A DNA stretch of 55,658 nt from Deltaproteobacteria bacterium RIFCSPHIGHO2_02_FULL_43_33 (GTDB lineage Bacteria > Desulfobacterota > GWC2-55-46 > UBA9637). The notes beneath the pieces were generated by a model that worked only from the letters and a program-made list of their open reading frames with translations, was not told the DNA's origin and did no database searches. This document shows positions 32,075-39,913 of the stretch, in pieces. The stretch's first letter is position 1, and every line of letters starts with the position of its first letter. Position numbers and translations under genes: made by a program. The stretch covers positions 1-55,658 of the forward strand of contig MGRL01000069.1 in NCBI GenBank assembly GCA_001798165.1, written 5' to 3'.

Positions 32075-32121
32075 ATCTTTTAACCCAAGGCTTCGGTCTA
32101 AAAAATAAAAAGGAGGAAGGT

Positions 32122-33411
32122 ATGAAAAGACTTATTTTAATAGCCTTATTAGCACTTGGCTTAGGGTTTGGATTGACCCTGATGGCATCAACACCATCAA
32201 TGGCAGTTCACAAAGGTTCAGGCGATTTGACTTGCGGCAGCTGCCATACAATGCACAGCAGCCAGGGCGGCACATCTAGTCCTTCAATGGGCGGCGCAAC
32301 CGGCGCCCTCATCCTGCTGAGAAACTCGCTGGTCACAGGCAGAGAAACCATCCATCAGCTTTGCCTTCAGTGCCATGCAGCAGCTGGAACGCAGGGTGGT
32401 GTTCAGTTTAACGCCTGTCCCGGGACAGCTTGCACAACCCCGCCAAAGGTGTTGCTTACCTCAACCGATGCGTGGAATACGACTAAGGACTTTTCTACAA
32501 TCGGAGCAGGCGGCGACTTCCAATTTGTTGGAAGTTATGTTTCCGGTAGCTATAATAGCACTCAGGATGGCGGAACCGCACTCGGAAGAGGCCACAGCAT
32601 AGGAGGGACAGTCATCGCACCTCCAGGCAACGGTTCTACAGTGGGTACGATTGCAACGTTTAGCTGCACAACCTGCCATGACCCGCATGGAACATCAGCT
32701 ACGACCTCAACTATTAACATATACAGAAACCTTAAGGGAGGTATAGTGGCAGGGGCAACTGATAAAAATTGGTCAAATATGCTGACTAACGGTAATATAG
32801 GCACTTCTTATGTAGGCGGTCCAACTGGCGCTTCAGATGATAACAGCCTGGGAACAACCCCTACAGGTGGTTCTGGTATTGCCGCTTCAAACAATATTTG
32901 GCCGACGTATAGGTCATCTGGCACCCAGAATTCATATAGCACCAGTACTACTCCGCCAACCCTTGGTGGAACTGCTTTAACTGGTCTAGACGGCACCGGC
33001 TATACCCTTATGTCTGCATTCTGCGCCCAGTGCCATAGCTTATGGCATGAAAATGTAACAACAGGAAACAAGACCGGCTCTGATTGGAATAGGCACCCTG
33101 TGGACAACAGGATTTCAGATACCTCTTCTGCTTCAGGCGCTGGCGTAACCATTACAGACTTTACCCACTACAATACCAATATCGCAGCAGGTTTTAAACT
33201 CCCAGCTGCTAATGATGCTGGTAGTGCATTCTACTACGCAGATAACTCAGGCGACAAGGTTTTCTGTCTGTCTTGTCACTTTGCGCATGGCAGCCCATAC
33301 TATGACATCCTGAGATGGGATTACATAGCTCAGATAGATGCTGCTGGTGGCAGCCAGACCGGCAACGGCGTGGCATCAGTCAAAGGTTGTCAGCAGTGCC
33401 ATAACAGGTAA
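32122..33411 (+). CDS. Secreted hexaheme c-type cytochrome, OmcS-like
   Basis: Signal peptide; six CxxCH (CGSCH, CLQCH, CTTCH, CAQCH, CLSCH, CQQCH); OmcS-like motifs CxxCHTMH, GGDF, CxxCHDPHG, RHP, CLSCHxAH; AGGAGG RBS. Confidence 0.87.
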   Translation: MKRLILIALLALGLGFGLTLMASTPSMAVHKGSGDLTCGSCHTMHSSQGGTSSPSMGGATGALILLRNSLVTGRETIHQLCLQCHAAAGTQGGVQFNACPGTACTTPPKVLLTSTDAWNTTKDFSTIGAGGDFQFVGSYVSGSYNSTQDGGTALGRGHSIGGTVIAPPGNGSTVGTIATFSCTTCHDPHGTSATTSTINIYRNLKGGIVAGATDKNWSNMLTNGNIGTSYVGGPTGASDDNSLGTTPTGGSGIAASNNIWPTYRSSGTQNSYSTSTTPPTLGGTALTGLDGTGYTLMSAFCAQCHSLWHENVTTGNKTGSDWNRHPVDNRISDTSSASGAGVTITDFTHYNTNIAAGFKLPAANDAGSAFYYADNSGDKVFCLSCHFAHGSPYYDILRWDYIAQIDAAGGSQTGNGVASVKGCQQCHNR

Positions 33412-33420
33412 TACGCTGTA

Positions 33421-34182
33421 ATGTCATTGCAAGGAACTTTAGTTCCGAAGCAATCTGAAAAAGGGGGAAGGGAAACCTTCCCCCTTTTTTTCTTTATAGC
33501 CATCCTCGTTTCCTTTGTTTCCTTTCAAAGAAATATCGCATGGGATGAGGAATTGAGCATATGGCAGGATGCGGTTCGTAAGTCCTCTCATAAGGCAAGA
33601 CCACATAGCAACCTTGGCGCGGCCTTTGGAGGTAAAAGGCTTTTTCATGAGGGGGCAAGAGAATCCCGCATCGCCATATACCTGAACCCGTATCTTGCAG
33701 AGGCGCATAACAATCTTGGGAATATATATCTGGAGATGGGGTTGGCGCAGGATGCCTTGAAGGAGTTTCAAGATGCCGTTGAATTAGAGCCGTCGTTTGC
33801 AGTTGCCCATTACAATGCAGGGCTTGCATATAAGGCCATTGGCCTCATGGAAGAGGCTCAAAAGGAGTTTAAGAAGGCAGTTGAAATAAGGCCGTTCTAT
33901 GCAAAGGCCCATAATGAACTTGGCATGCAATATATGACAAATGGCATGTATGAGGCTGCTGTAACGGAATATAACAAGGCGCTGGAAGGCGATAATAGGT
34001 TTGCCCCAACGTATAATAACCGCGGGGTAGTTTATGCGCGGTTAGGCATGTGGGACAATGCCATCAAAGAGTTTCAAAAGGCCATGAGCATAGACCCTGC
34101 ATTAACCGAAGTAGAGAAAAACCTGAAAAAGGCGTATGCCAATAGAGAGGCGGCTGTCAGGAAGGCCGTAAAAAACCCTTGA
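33421..34182 (+). CDS. TM + TPR protein (TMTC C-terminal-half type) 2; start uncertain
   Basis: RNIAWDEELSIWQDAVRKSSHKARPHSNLG followed by TPRs. Confidence 0.78.
   Translation: MSLQGTLVPKQSEKGGRETFPLFFFIAILVSFVSFQRNIAWDEELSIWQDAVRKSSHKARPHSNLGAAFGGKRLFHEGARESRIAIYLNPYLAEAHNNLGNIYLEMGLAQDALKEFQDAVELEPSFAVAHYNAGLAYKAIGLMEEAQKEFKKAVEIRPFYAKAHNELGMQYMTNGMYEAAVTEYNKALEGDNRFAPTYNNRGVVYARLGMWDNAIKEFQKAMSIDPALTEVEKNLKKAYANREAAVRKAVKNP
33458..33491 (+). terminator. Intrinsic terminator after the cytochrome gene
   Basis: AAAAAGGGGGAAGG-GAAA-CCTTCCCCCTTTTTTT. Confidence 0.8.
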
Positions 34183-34203
34183 ACATATAAAGATTCTGCT
34201 GTA

Positions 34204-34308
34204 TATACTGAAAGCAATAAATAACTTGTAGGGCAACCCTTTAGGGTTGCTTATTTATGCAGGGCTAAAGCCCTGCCCTACGGCAAGTTATTTATTGCCG
34301 TTACTATA
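34204..34308. repeat. REPIN-like family C copy
   Basis: Near-identical to 2997-3099. Confidence 0.85.
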
Positions 34309-34367
34309 AAAAGAAATTTCACCCCTACCATCTCCTTTTACCAGAAAATGCTTCATATTCACATTAC

Positions 34368-34425
34368 CGTAACGTTGCCCTTTATAGGCAACGGTTTTTC
34401 GTTGGGGATAAACCCCAACACTACG
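34368..34425. repeat. REP doublet family D
   Basis: CGTAACGTTGCCCTTTATAGGCAACG...CGTTGGGGATAAACCCCAACACTACG; related copy in the opposite orientation at 49673-49727. Confidence 0.7.
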
Positions 34426-34494
34426 AAAATCCAATTTTCATGCCCTCCGCCAAAGGCGGATGAGCTACCAACTCATGTGGGTTTAGCGGCAAAT

Positions 34495-34524
34495 TTGACA
34501 TTGCGCACGTCTTTAATATATAAT
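34495..34524 (+). promoter_or_regulatory. Sigma70 promoter, probably giving a leaderless transcript
   Basis: TTGACA at 34495-34500, 18 bp spacer, TATAAT at 34519-34524; ATG 6 nt later with no SD. Confidence 0.7.
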
Positions 34525-34530
34525 TAAAAA

Positions 34531-35862
34531 ATGAAGCAAATCTATATAAGGTATATCGGCATTTTTTTGCCTTTCCTGTGCATCCTGCTTTGGTCTCCTC
34601 TTCCTGCTATGGGGGCCACCATACAATATCTTTTCAGTATAGACGTTATGGCAAGCGGACAGCCCTTTGTCGGCGTAAGCGCCCTCCTTATAGATAATAA
34701 AAACAGTGAATTGTATGCCCTGGATGATGGGAACAGGCGGCTGGTTATAATGAATCTGGAGGGGGTATTCTTGTATCAATTCACCTATACGGATGCGGGA
34801 ATTAAGAATATGCCTATAGGTATAGCAGTGGCTGATGACGGGAAGATATATATTGCTGAAGGAAAGAGGGTGGTAGTTGTCGATTACAGGGGTATGTATG
34901 ACCACGATATGTCCCTCTCTACTATTCCGGATGCAAATGAGATAAACATACAGTCCGTAGCCATAGATGGCAATACCGTCTACCTCGGCACTGTTGGCAG
35001 GGTAGTGATGATGGATAAAAAAGAAGAGAAATTTATTGCTGAATTTAAAGAGGGTCTGGGACAAAACAACTATATTGCCATGGATTACAACGGGATGTAT
35101 ATAAGAGATCCGGGCGCCCTTATTATCTTTCACCTGGCTAAGGACGGCAAAGTCCTTGGCCACTTTGGCAAGATATCAGGCCTTGCAGGTGGTTTTAGCA
35201 TGACCGTGGATATGGCAGTGGAAAGGAAGAAGGGGTGGGTTATTGTATTAGATATTAACAGGGCTGCAACTATATTTTTTGATAGAGAAGGCAATTTCCT
35301 CTTTGAGTTTGGCGGCCCCGAGCTCTTTAAATGGCCGAGGGCTGTTGCAGCAGACGATGAAGGCAGGATATATGTTACGGATGGAACAGGCAAGATAAGG
35401 GTTTTTCAGATAATAGAAGACGCCCCTGTAATTAAAGAAGCCAAACCCGAGTCAAAACCGGAAATACCATCTGCTGCCCCTCCTCCTGTATCTGAACCCA
35501 AAAAGGATGAGGTGCAGAAGATAGTTGAAGAAGAGGGAAGGCTGCTGCCTCTATTTTTTGCCATAGACAGCGCAAAACTTAAAAAGGCCGACCTTTTAAT
35601 CCTTGATAAAAATGCGGTATGGCTTAAGAAAAACCCTGACGCAAAGATAAATGTGAGAGGTTATGCAGACGAACGCGGCACAGATGAATACAATCTTACA
35701 CTCTCTAAAAAAAGGGCAAAGGCAGTAATGGACTACTTTGTAAAACAAGGCATAGACTCAAAGAGGCAGAAATTTATAGGCTATGGCAAGGAGCTTACAA
35801 CAGACAAGAGTGAAACGGGATTTGCAAGGTCAAGAAGGGTAGATTTTCTTGTAGTAAAGTGA
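34531..35862 (+). CDS. Exported NHL-repeat beta-propeller fused to an OmpA/Pal-like peptidoglycan-binding domain
   Basis: Signal peptide; PIGIAVADDGKIYI, WPRAVAADDEGRIYVTD; Pro-rich linker; GYADERGTDEYNLTLSKKRAKAV...SRRVDF. Confidence 0.85.
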   Translation: MKQIYIRYIGIFLPFLCILLWSPLPAMGATIQYLFSIDVMASGQPFVGVSALLIDNKNSELYALDDGNRRLVIMNLEGVFLYQFTYTDAGIKNMPIGIAVADDGKIYIAEGKRVVVVDYRGMYDHDMSLSTIPDANEINIQSVAIDGNTVYLGTVGRVVMMDKKEEKFIAEFKEGLGQNNYIAMDYNGMYIRDPGALIIFHLAKDGKVLGHFGKISGLAGGFSMTVDMAVERKKGWVIVLDINRAATIFFDREGNFLFEFGGPELFKWPRAVAADDEGRIYVTDGTGKIRVFQIIEDAPVIKEAKPESKPEIPSAAPPPVSEPKKDEVQKIVEEEGRLLPLFFAIDSAKLKKADLLILDKNAVWLKKNPDAKINVRGYADERGTDEYNLTLSKKRAKAVMDYFVKQGIDSKRQKFIGYGKELTTDKSETGFARSRRVDFLVVK

Positions 35863-35880
35863 TAACCGCATGGACAGGGT

Positions 35881-36357
35881 ATGAAGATTTTACAGTTGTT
35901 TGGCAATATTGCAATGATTGTATTGATAGGATGTTACTCCATGGCAGCTGTAAAAAGAAACGTCGCATGGGGAAACGAGCATATCCTGACTACCGATAAT
36001 ATTTATAAGTCTCCCGGCAAGGCCAGACCCTATCTCAATCGCGGACTCTTCTACTTTAACAAAAACAGGATAGACGATGCCATCAGGGAATACCTGATAG
36101 CGCTTCAGCTTGACCCTGATTATGCCTATGCGCGCAACAATATCGGGGTTGCCTACTACAACAAAGGGTATCTGGATGCCGCAATAAAAGAGCTTACAGA
36201 GGCCATACGGCTGTCCCCTGGTTATGCCGAAGCGCATTATAACCTTGGGATAGCATATGGAGAAAAGGGTCTTGCCCAAGAGGCGTATATAGAGATAAAA
36301 AAGGCCATGGAACTTAATAAGAATCTTGCCGAAGAATTAAAATATTCAAAACCATAG
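35881..36357 (+). CDS. TM + TPR protein (TMTC C-terminal-half type) 3
   Basis: RNVAWGNEHILTTDNIYKSPGKARPYLNRG followed by TPRs. Confidence 0.82.
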   Translation: MKILQLFGNIAMIVLIGCYSMAAVKRNVAWGNEHILTTDNIYKSPGKARPYLNRGLFYFNKNRIDDAIREYLIALQLDPDYAYARNNIGVAYYNKGYLDAAIKELTEAIRLSPGYAEAHYNLGIAYGEKGLAQEAYIEIKKAMELNKNLAEELKYSKP

Positions 36358-36375
36358 GCATATCAGGATAATTAC

Positions 36376-37104
36376 ATGGAAGGCTCTGTGACAATAAAAA
36401 CACTATTTGCGTTTACCTGCATAATCCCCTTCCTTGCCTTTGTATCTTTCCAGAGAATAGCCGTTTATAAAAATGAGTTCACCCTCTGGGCAGATGTAGT
36501 CAAAAAATCATCTTTAAAGGCCAGGCCGCATAATAATCTTGCAGCCGTATATAAAGACAAAAAGATGTTTAATCTTGCGCTCAACGAATACATGGAAGCA
36601 ATAAGAGTTAACCCCGGGTATGCAGCCGGCCATGGTAATCTTGGAAGTATGTATTATGAACTGGGTAGACTTGATGAGGCTGAGACGGAAGTTAAATTAG
36701 CCCTGACTGCTAATACCCACTTTAAGGATCTGCTCCATAGACTACTGGGTCTTATATATATAAAAAAAGGGGCGCTTGATGAGGCGGCGAAGGAATTTAA
36801 AGAGGCTATAGCCATGATACCAAATTATCCAGATGCCAAGCGAAATATTGCAGTAATTTTCACTAACGAAGGATTTTTATACGCTGATAAGGGAGATTTT
36901 GAACGCGCCCTCGTGCTCCATAGAATGGCAGTTTTTGCAGATTCAGGATATCCTGATGCCCGCTATGGGCTTGCCCAGGCATACGAAGCTTTTGGCCAAA
37001 GGGAAGAAGCGATAAAACAGTGGCAGGAATACCTCAGATTAGCGCCATCAGATGAGCCGTTTAGGAAGGATGCAATGAAACATCTGGAGAGGTTGTGGGA
37101 ATAA
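36376..37104 (+). CDS. TM + TPR protein (TMTC C-terminal-half type) 4
   Basis: RIAVYKNEFTLWADVVKKSSLKARPHNNLA followed by TPRs. Confidence 0.82.
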   Translation: MEGSVTIKTLFAFTCIIPFLAFVSFQRIAVYKNEFTLWADVVKKSSLKARPHNNLAAVYKDKKMFNLALNEYMEAIRVNPGYAAGHGNLGSMYYELGRLDEAETEVKLALTANTHFKDLLHRLLGLIYIKKGALDEAAKEFKEAIAMIPNYPDAKRNIAVIFTNEGFLYADKGDFERALVLHRMAVFADSGYPDARYGLAQAYEAFGQREEAIKQWQEYLRLAPSDEPFRKDAMKHLERLWE

Positions 37105-37109
37105 TAGCG

Positions 37110-37700
37110 ATGCCTTTAAAATCCGAGCTGTTCTTTTTTGCCGCAGTAGGTATTATTTTTTCTATTGTCACATTTCAGAAAAATGTTTTATGGGGAAGCG
37201 AAAAAGGCCTATGGCTGGATATTCTGCAAAAATCACCATCCAAGGCGCGGCCGCACACTAATCTTGGCATGGCCTATGACCTTGATGGCAATATAGCCAA
37301 GGCAGAAGATGAGTATAACAAGGCTATACAATTAGAGCCTGATTATCTTGCCGCATATGCTCCTTTGGCAGTTATGTATGGAAAAAGAGGAGATGTGGAT
37401 AGAGCTATTGAGATGTTTTTGTGGCTTATACCAAGATTGCCTAATCGGGACCCCAAGGCACATACAGGTTTGGGGGTTGCTTACATGATAAAGGGGCTTT
37501 TGAAAGATGCAGAAAGGGAATTTCAGGAGGCATTAAAGATAGATCCAAATTATGAGATAGCACACTACAATCTCGCTGAGATTTATGGGCAGATGGGTTT
37601 AAAGGATGAGGCATTAAAGCATTATAAAATATTTATTGAAAATGCGCCGCCTGCGCAAAAGGAACTGGTTATAAAAATAAAAACAAACTATGGGTTATAG
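37110..37700 (+). CDS. TM + TPR protein (TMTC C-terminal-half type) 5
   Basis: KNVLWGSEKGLWLDILQKSPSKARPHTNLG followed by TPRs. Confidence 0.82.
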   Translation: MPLKSELFFFAAVGIIFSIVTFQKNVLWGSEKGLWLDILQKSPSKARPHTNLGMAYDLDGNIAKAEDEYNKAIQLEPDYLAAYAPLAVMYGKRGDVDRAIEMFLWLIPRLPNRDPKAHTGLGVAYMIKGLLKDAEREFQEALKIDPNYEIAHYNLAEIYGQMGLKDEALKHYKIFIENAPPAQKELVIKIKTNYGL

Positions 37701-37729
37701 GCAATGGCGCCTATTGCCTGTCTTTTTAT

Positions 37730-38101
37730 TTACCCCCTGCCCCAAAAATCTTCATCAAGCAAAGCTACATGATAAAATGTATGGCCGCATTTCGGGCATC
37801 TGAGATTATACCTTTTTCCATTTACAGGATTGCTTATCTTGAGCTTTACCTGGCATTTTTCACAAGGCGCCAGATAATCCCCTGCAGTTTTGCCTTTAAA
37901 CTCTATCTCCTGTGAGCCGCAGTTATAACAGCTTTCTATTGCAAAATGTGATTGCACCTTTTTAGGCTCTTTTTCTTTTATAATGGCAATATCCGCCATC
38001 TCTCCGTCCCTATTAAAGGCGCACACATATTTTAACGGGCTTTCCCCCTTAAAATGCCCTTTAAATCTTTCGCTATTTCCGCATGTCTTGCAGATTGGCA
38101 T
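37730..38101 (-). CDS. Hypothetical double zinc-ribbon protein
   Basis: Four CxxC pairs (CKTC, CYNC, CEKC, CPKC) in 123 aa. Confidence 0.7.
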   Translation of the reverse strand: MPICKTCGNSERFKGHFKGESPLKYVCAFNRDGEMADIAIIKEKEPKKVQSHFAIESCYNCGSQEIEFKGKTAGDYLAPCEKCQVKLKISNPVNGKRYNLRCPKCGHTFYHVALLDEDFWGRG

Positions 38102-38199
38102 AATTATAAATATAGGTTGAGGTTAAGGGTGATACAGGTTAAGGAAGACCTCAACCTGTATTTTCTTTCCCCTCAACCTTAACATGCTTTTACTTAACC

Positions 38200-38568
38200 T
38201 TAACCTGTCTTTTTATGCATGAAAGTTATTAGCATATTAATTTCTTTCCAGATGCAAGATATCAGCCCTTCCACATCCTCATACTCAACTTGATTAAAGT
38301 AACCCACTCTTTGTCCGTAAATCAAGTGGCTCTTAGCCTCGGCTAATGAGGCTCGCGAATCGTAGTAAAAATTCAATTTGTCTTTTGTATGTTTTCTGCC
38401 AAAACCTTCGGCAATATTACCGGGGATTGAAAGGGCTGCGCGTCTTATCTGAGAGGTGAGGCCATAATCTTCCTTTCTCGGTAATGTCTCTGTAAGCTTG
38501 AAAATTTTAACAGCCAGTTCCATGGCCATTTGCCAAACAGGCATATCTTCAAAAGAATTGTAGCTCAT
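38200..38568 (-). CDS. Four helix bundle protein (23S rRNA IVP / bAvd-like family)
   Basis: FEDMPVWQ, LPRKEDYGLTSQIRRAALSIPGNIAEGFGR, SRASLAE; flanked by GGTTRA hexamer arrays. Confidence 0.9.
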   Translation of the reverse strand: MSYNSFEDMPVWQMAMELAVKIFKLTETLPRKEDYGLTSQIRRAALSIPGNIAEGFGRKHTKDKLNFYYDSRASLAEAKSHLIYGQRVGYFNQVEYEDVEGLISCIWKEINMLITFMHKKTG

Positions 38569-38610
38569 TAACCTGCCTTTTCCCTCAACCTCAACCTTAA
38601 CCTCTATTTA

Positions 38611-39705
38611 TTATACTGCAAATCTAAAATGTATAATGTCCCCGTCTTTTACAATATAATCCTTGCCTTCTAACCGCATTAGCCCTTTTTCCTTTGCAGC
38701 TAATTCCGAACCAGAAGCAATGAAATCATTATATGCTATTACCTCTGCCCTGATAAAACCCTTTTCAAAATCCGAATGGATTACGCCGGCAGCCTGCGGC
38801 GCCCTTGTATTCTTTGGTATCGTCCATGCCCTTACCTCTTTTTTACCGGCAGTAAAATATGTAAATAACCCTAATAATTCATACCCCTCTTTTGCAAGCC
38901 TGTCAAGGCCTGATTCTTTTAAACCGATTCCTTTTAAAAATTCCGACCTCTCAGCCTCTGGAAGCTCCGCTATCTCTGCCTCTATCTTGCCGCACATAAC
39001 AACAACCCGAGCCCCTTCTTTTGTTGCTGTTTCCCTGACCTGAGCCACAAAATGAGATTCTTCTTTTAACCCCTTCTCATCTACATTGGCGACAAATAAG
39101 ACCGGCTTTGCAGTCAAAAGGTTTAACTCTTTGAGCAGTTCTTTCATGTCATCAGTTAATGAAAGCGACCTTATCGGCCTGCCATTTTCCAGTGTCTCTT
39201 TAAATATGGTACAGCAGTCCATTACAACAACAGCCTTTTTATCGCCCGATTTTGCAAGCCTTTCTGTTCTATCCATCCTCTTTTCAACTCCCTCAAGATC
39301 GGCAAGCATAAGCTCTGTATTGATTATATTAATATCCCTTTTGGGGTCAACATGACCTGCCACATGAACGACGTCCGGGTCTTCAAAACATCTGACGATA
39401 TGCACGATTGCATCTACACTCCTTATATGGCCGAGGAATTGATTGCCAAGCCCTTCTCCTTTGCTGGCGCCCTCTACAAGGCCGGCAATATCAAGGAATT
39501 CCACAGTTGTCGGCATTATCTTTTCCGGTTTAATCATATCAGCCAATGTATATAATCTCTCATCCCTTACGGTTACTATGCCGATATTCGGGTCAATGGT
39601 GCAGAAAGGATAATTTGCCGCCTGCGCCCCCGCCGATGTGAGCGCATTGAATATGGTTGACTTACCCACATTGGGAAGCCCTACTATGCCGCATGTGAAG
39701 CCCAT
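38611..39705 (-). CDS. ychF: Redox-regulated ATPase YchF
   Basis: GIVGLPNVGKST, ANYPFCTIDPN, DIAGLV, TGS domain EGKDYIVKDGD. Confidence 0.97.
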   Translation of the reverse strand: MGFTCGIVGLPNVGKSTIFNALTSAGAQAANYPFCTIDPNIGIVTVRDERLYTLADMIKPEKIMPTTVEFLDIAGLVEGASKGEGLGNQFLGHIRSVDAIVHIVRCFEDPDVVHVAGHVDPKRDINIINTELMLADLEGVEKRMDRTERLAKSGDKKAVVVMDCCTIFKETLENGRPIRSLSLTDDMKELLKELNLLTAKPVLFVANVDEKGLKEESHFVAQVRETATKEGARVVVMCGKIEAEIAELPEAERSEFLKGIGLKESGLDRLAKEGYELLGLFTYFTAGKKEVRAWTIPKNTRAPQAAGVIHSDFEKGFIRAEVIAYNDFIASGSELAAKEKGLMRLEGKDYIVKDGDIIHFRFAV

Positions 39706-39728
39706 GATTGATTATTGTCTCCTTATTT

Positions 39729-39786
39729 TTGTAGTCTGCCCATTTATGGGCGCATTTTAAAACGCCGATGAATCGGCAGGCTACAA
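39729..39786. repeat. GTAG-type REP doublet
   Basis: TTGTAGTCTGCCCATTTATGGGCG...CGCCGATGAATCGGCAGGCTACAA. Confidence 0.65.
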
Positions 39787-39788
39787 CC

Positions 39789-39818
39789 AAAAAAACAAAG
39801 GCGGGCTTTGCGCCCGCC
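39789..39818 (-). terminator. Intrinsic terminator downstream of hppA
   Basis: Minus strand reads GGCGGGC-GCAAA-GCCCGCC followed by TTTGTTTTTTT. Confidence 0.65.
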
Positions 39819-39836
39819 AAGCATTATCAAACCTTC

Positions 39837-39875
39837 GCATACTGGGGACAGATTTAAAATCTGTCCCCAGTATGC
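39837..39875. repeat. Perfect 39-bp palindrome (GGGGACAG...CTGTCCCC REP type)
   Basis: GCATACTGGGGACAGATTT-A-AAATCTGTCCCCAGTATGC. Confidence 0.85.
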
Positions 39876-39913
39876 TACAAAAACCGTAACTCAAGGCTTC
39901 AGCCTTGAGAATT

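Noticed and set aside
31930-32121. GEMM (cyclic dinucleotide) riboswitch upstream of the OmcS-like gene
   Set aside because: I could not find the GEMM-I consensus elements; the leader is explained by twin hairpins plus a terminator.
31500-38568. Diversity-generating retroelement suggested by two Avd-like genes
   Set aside because: No reverse transcriptase and no TR/VR pair differing at adenines seen in the window.
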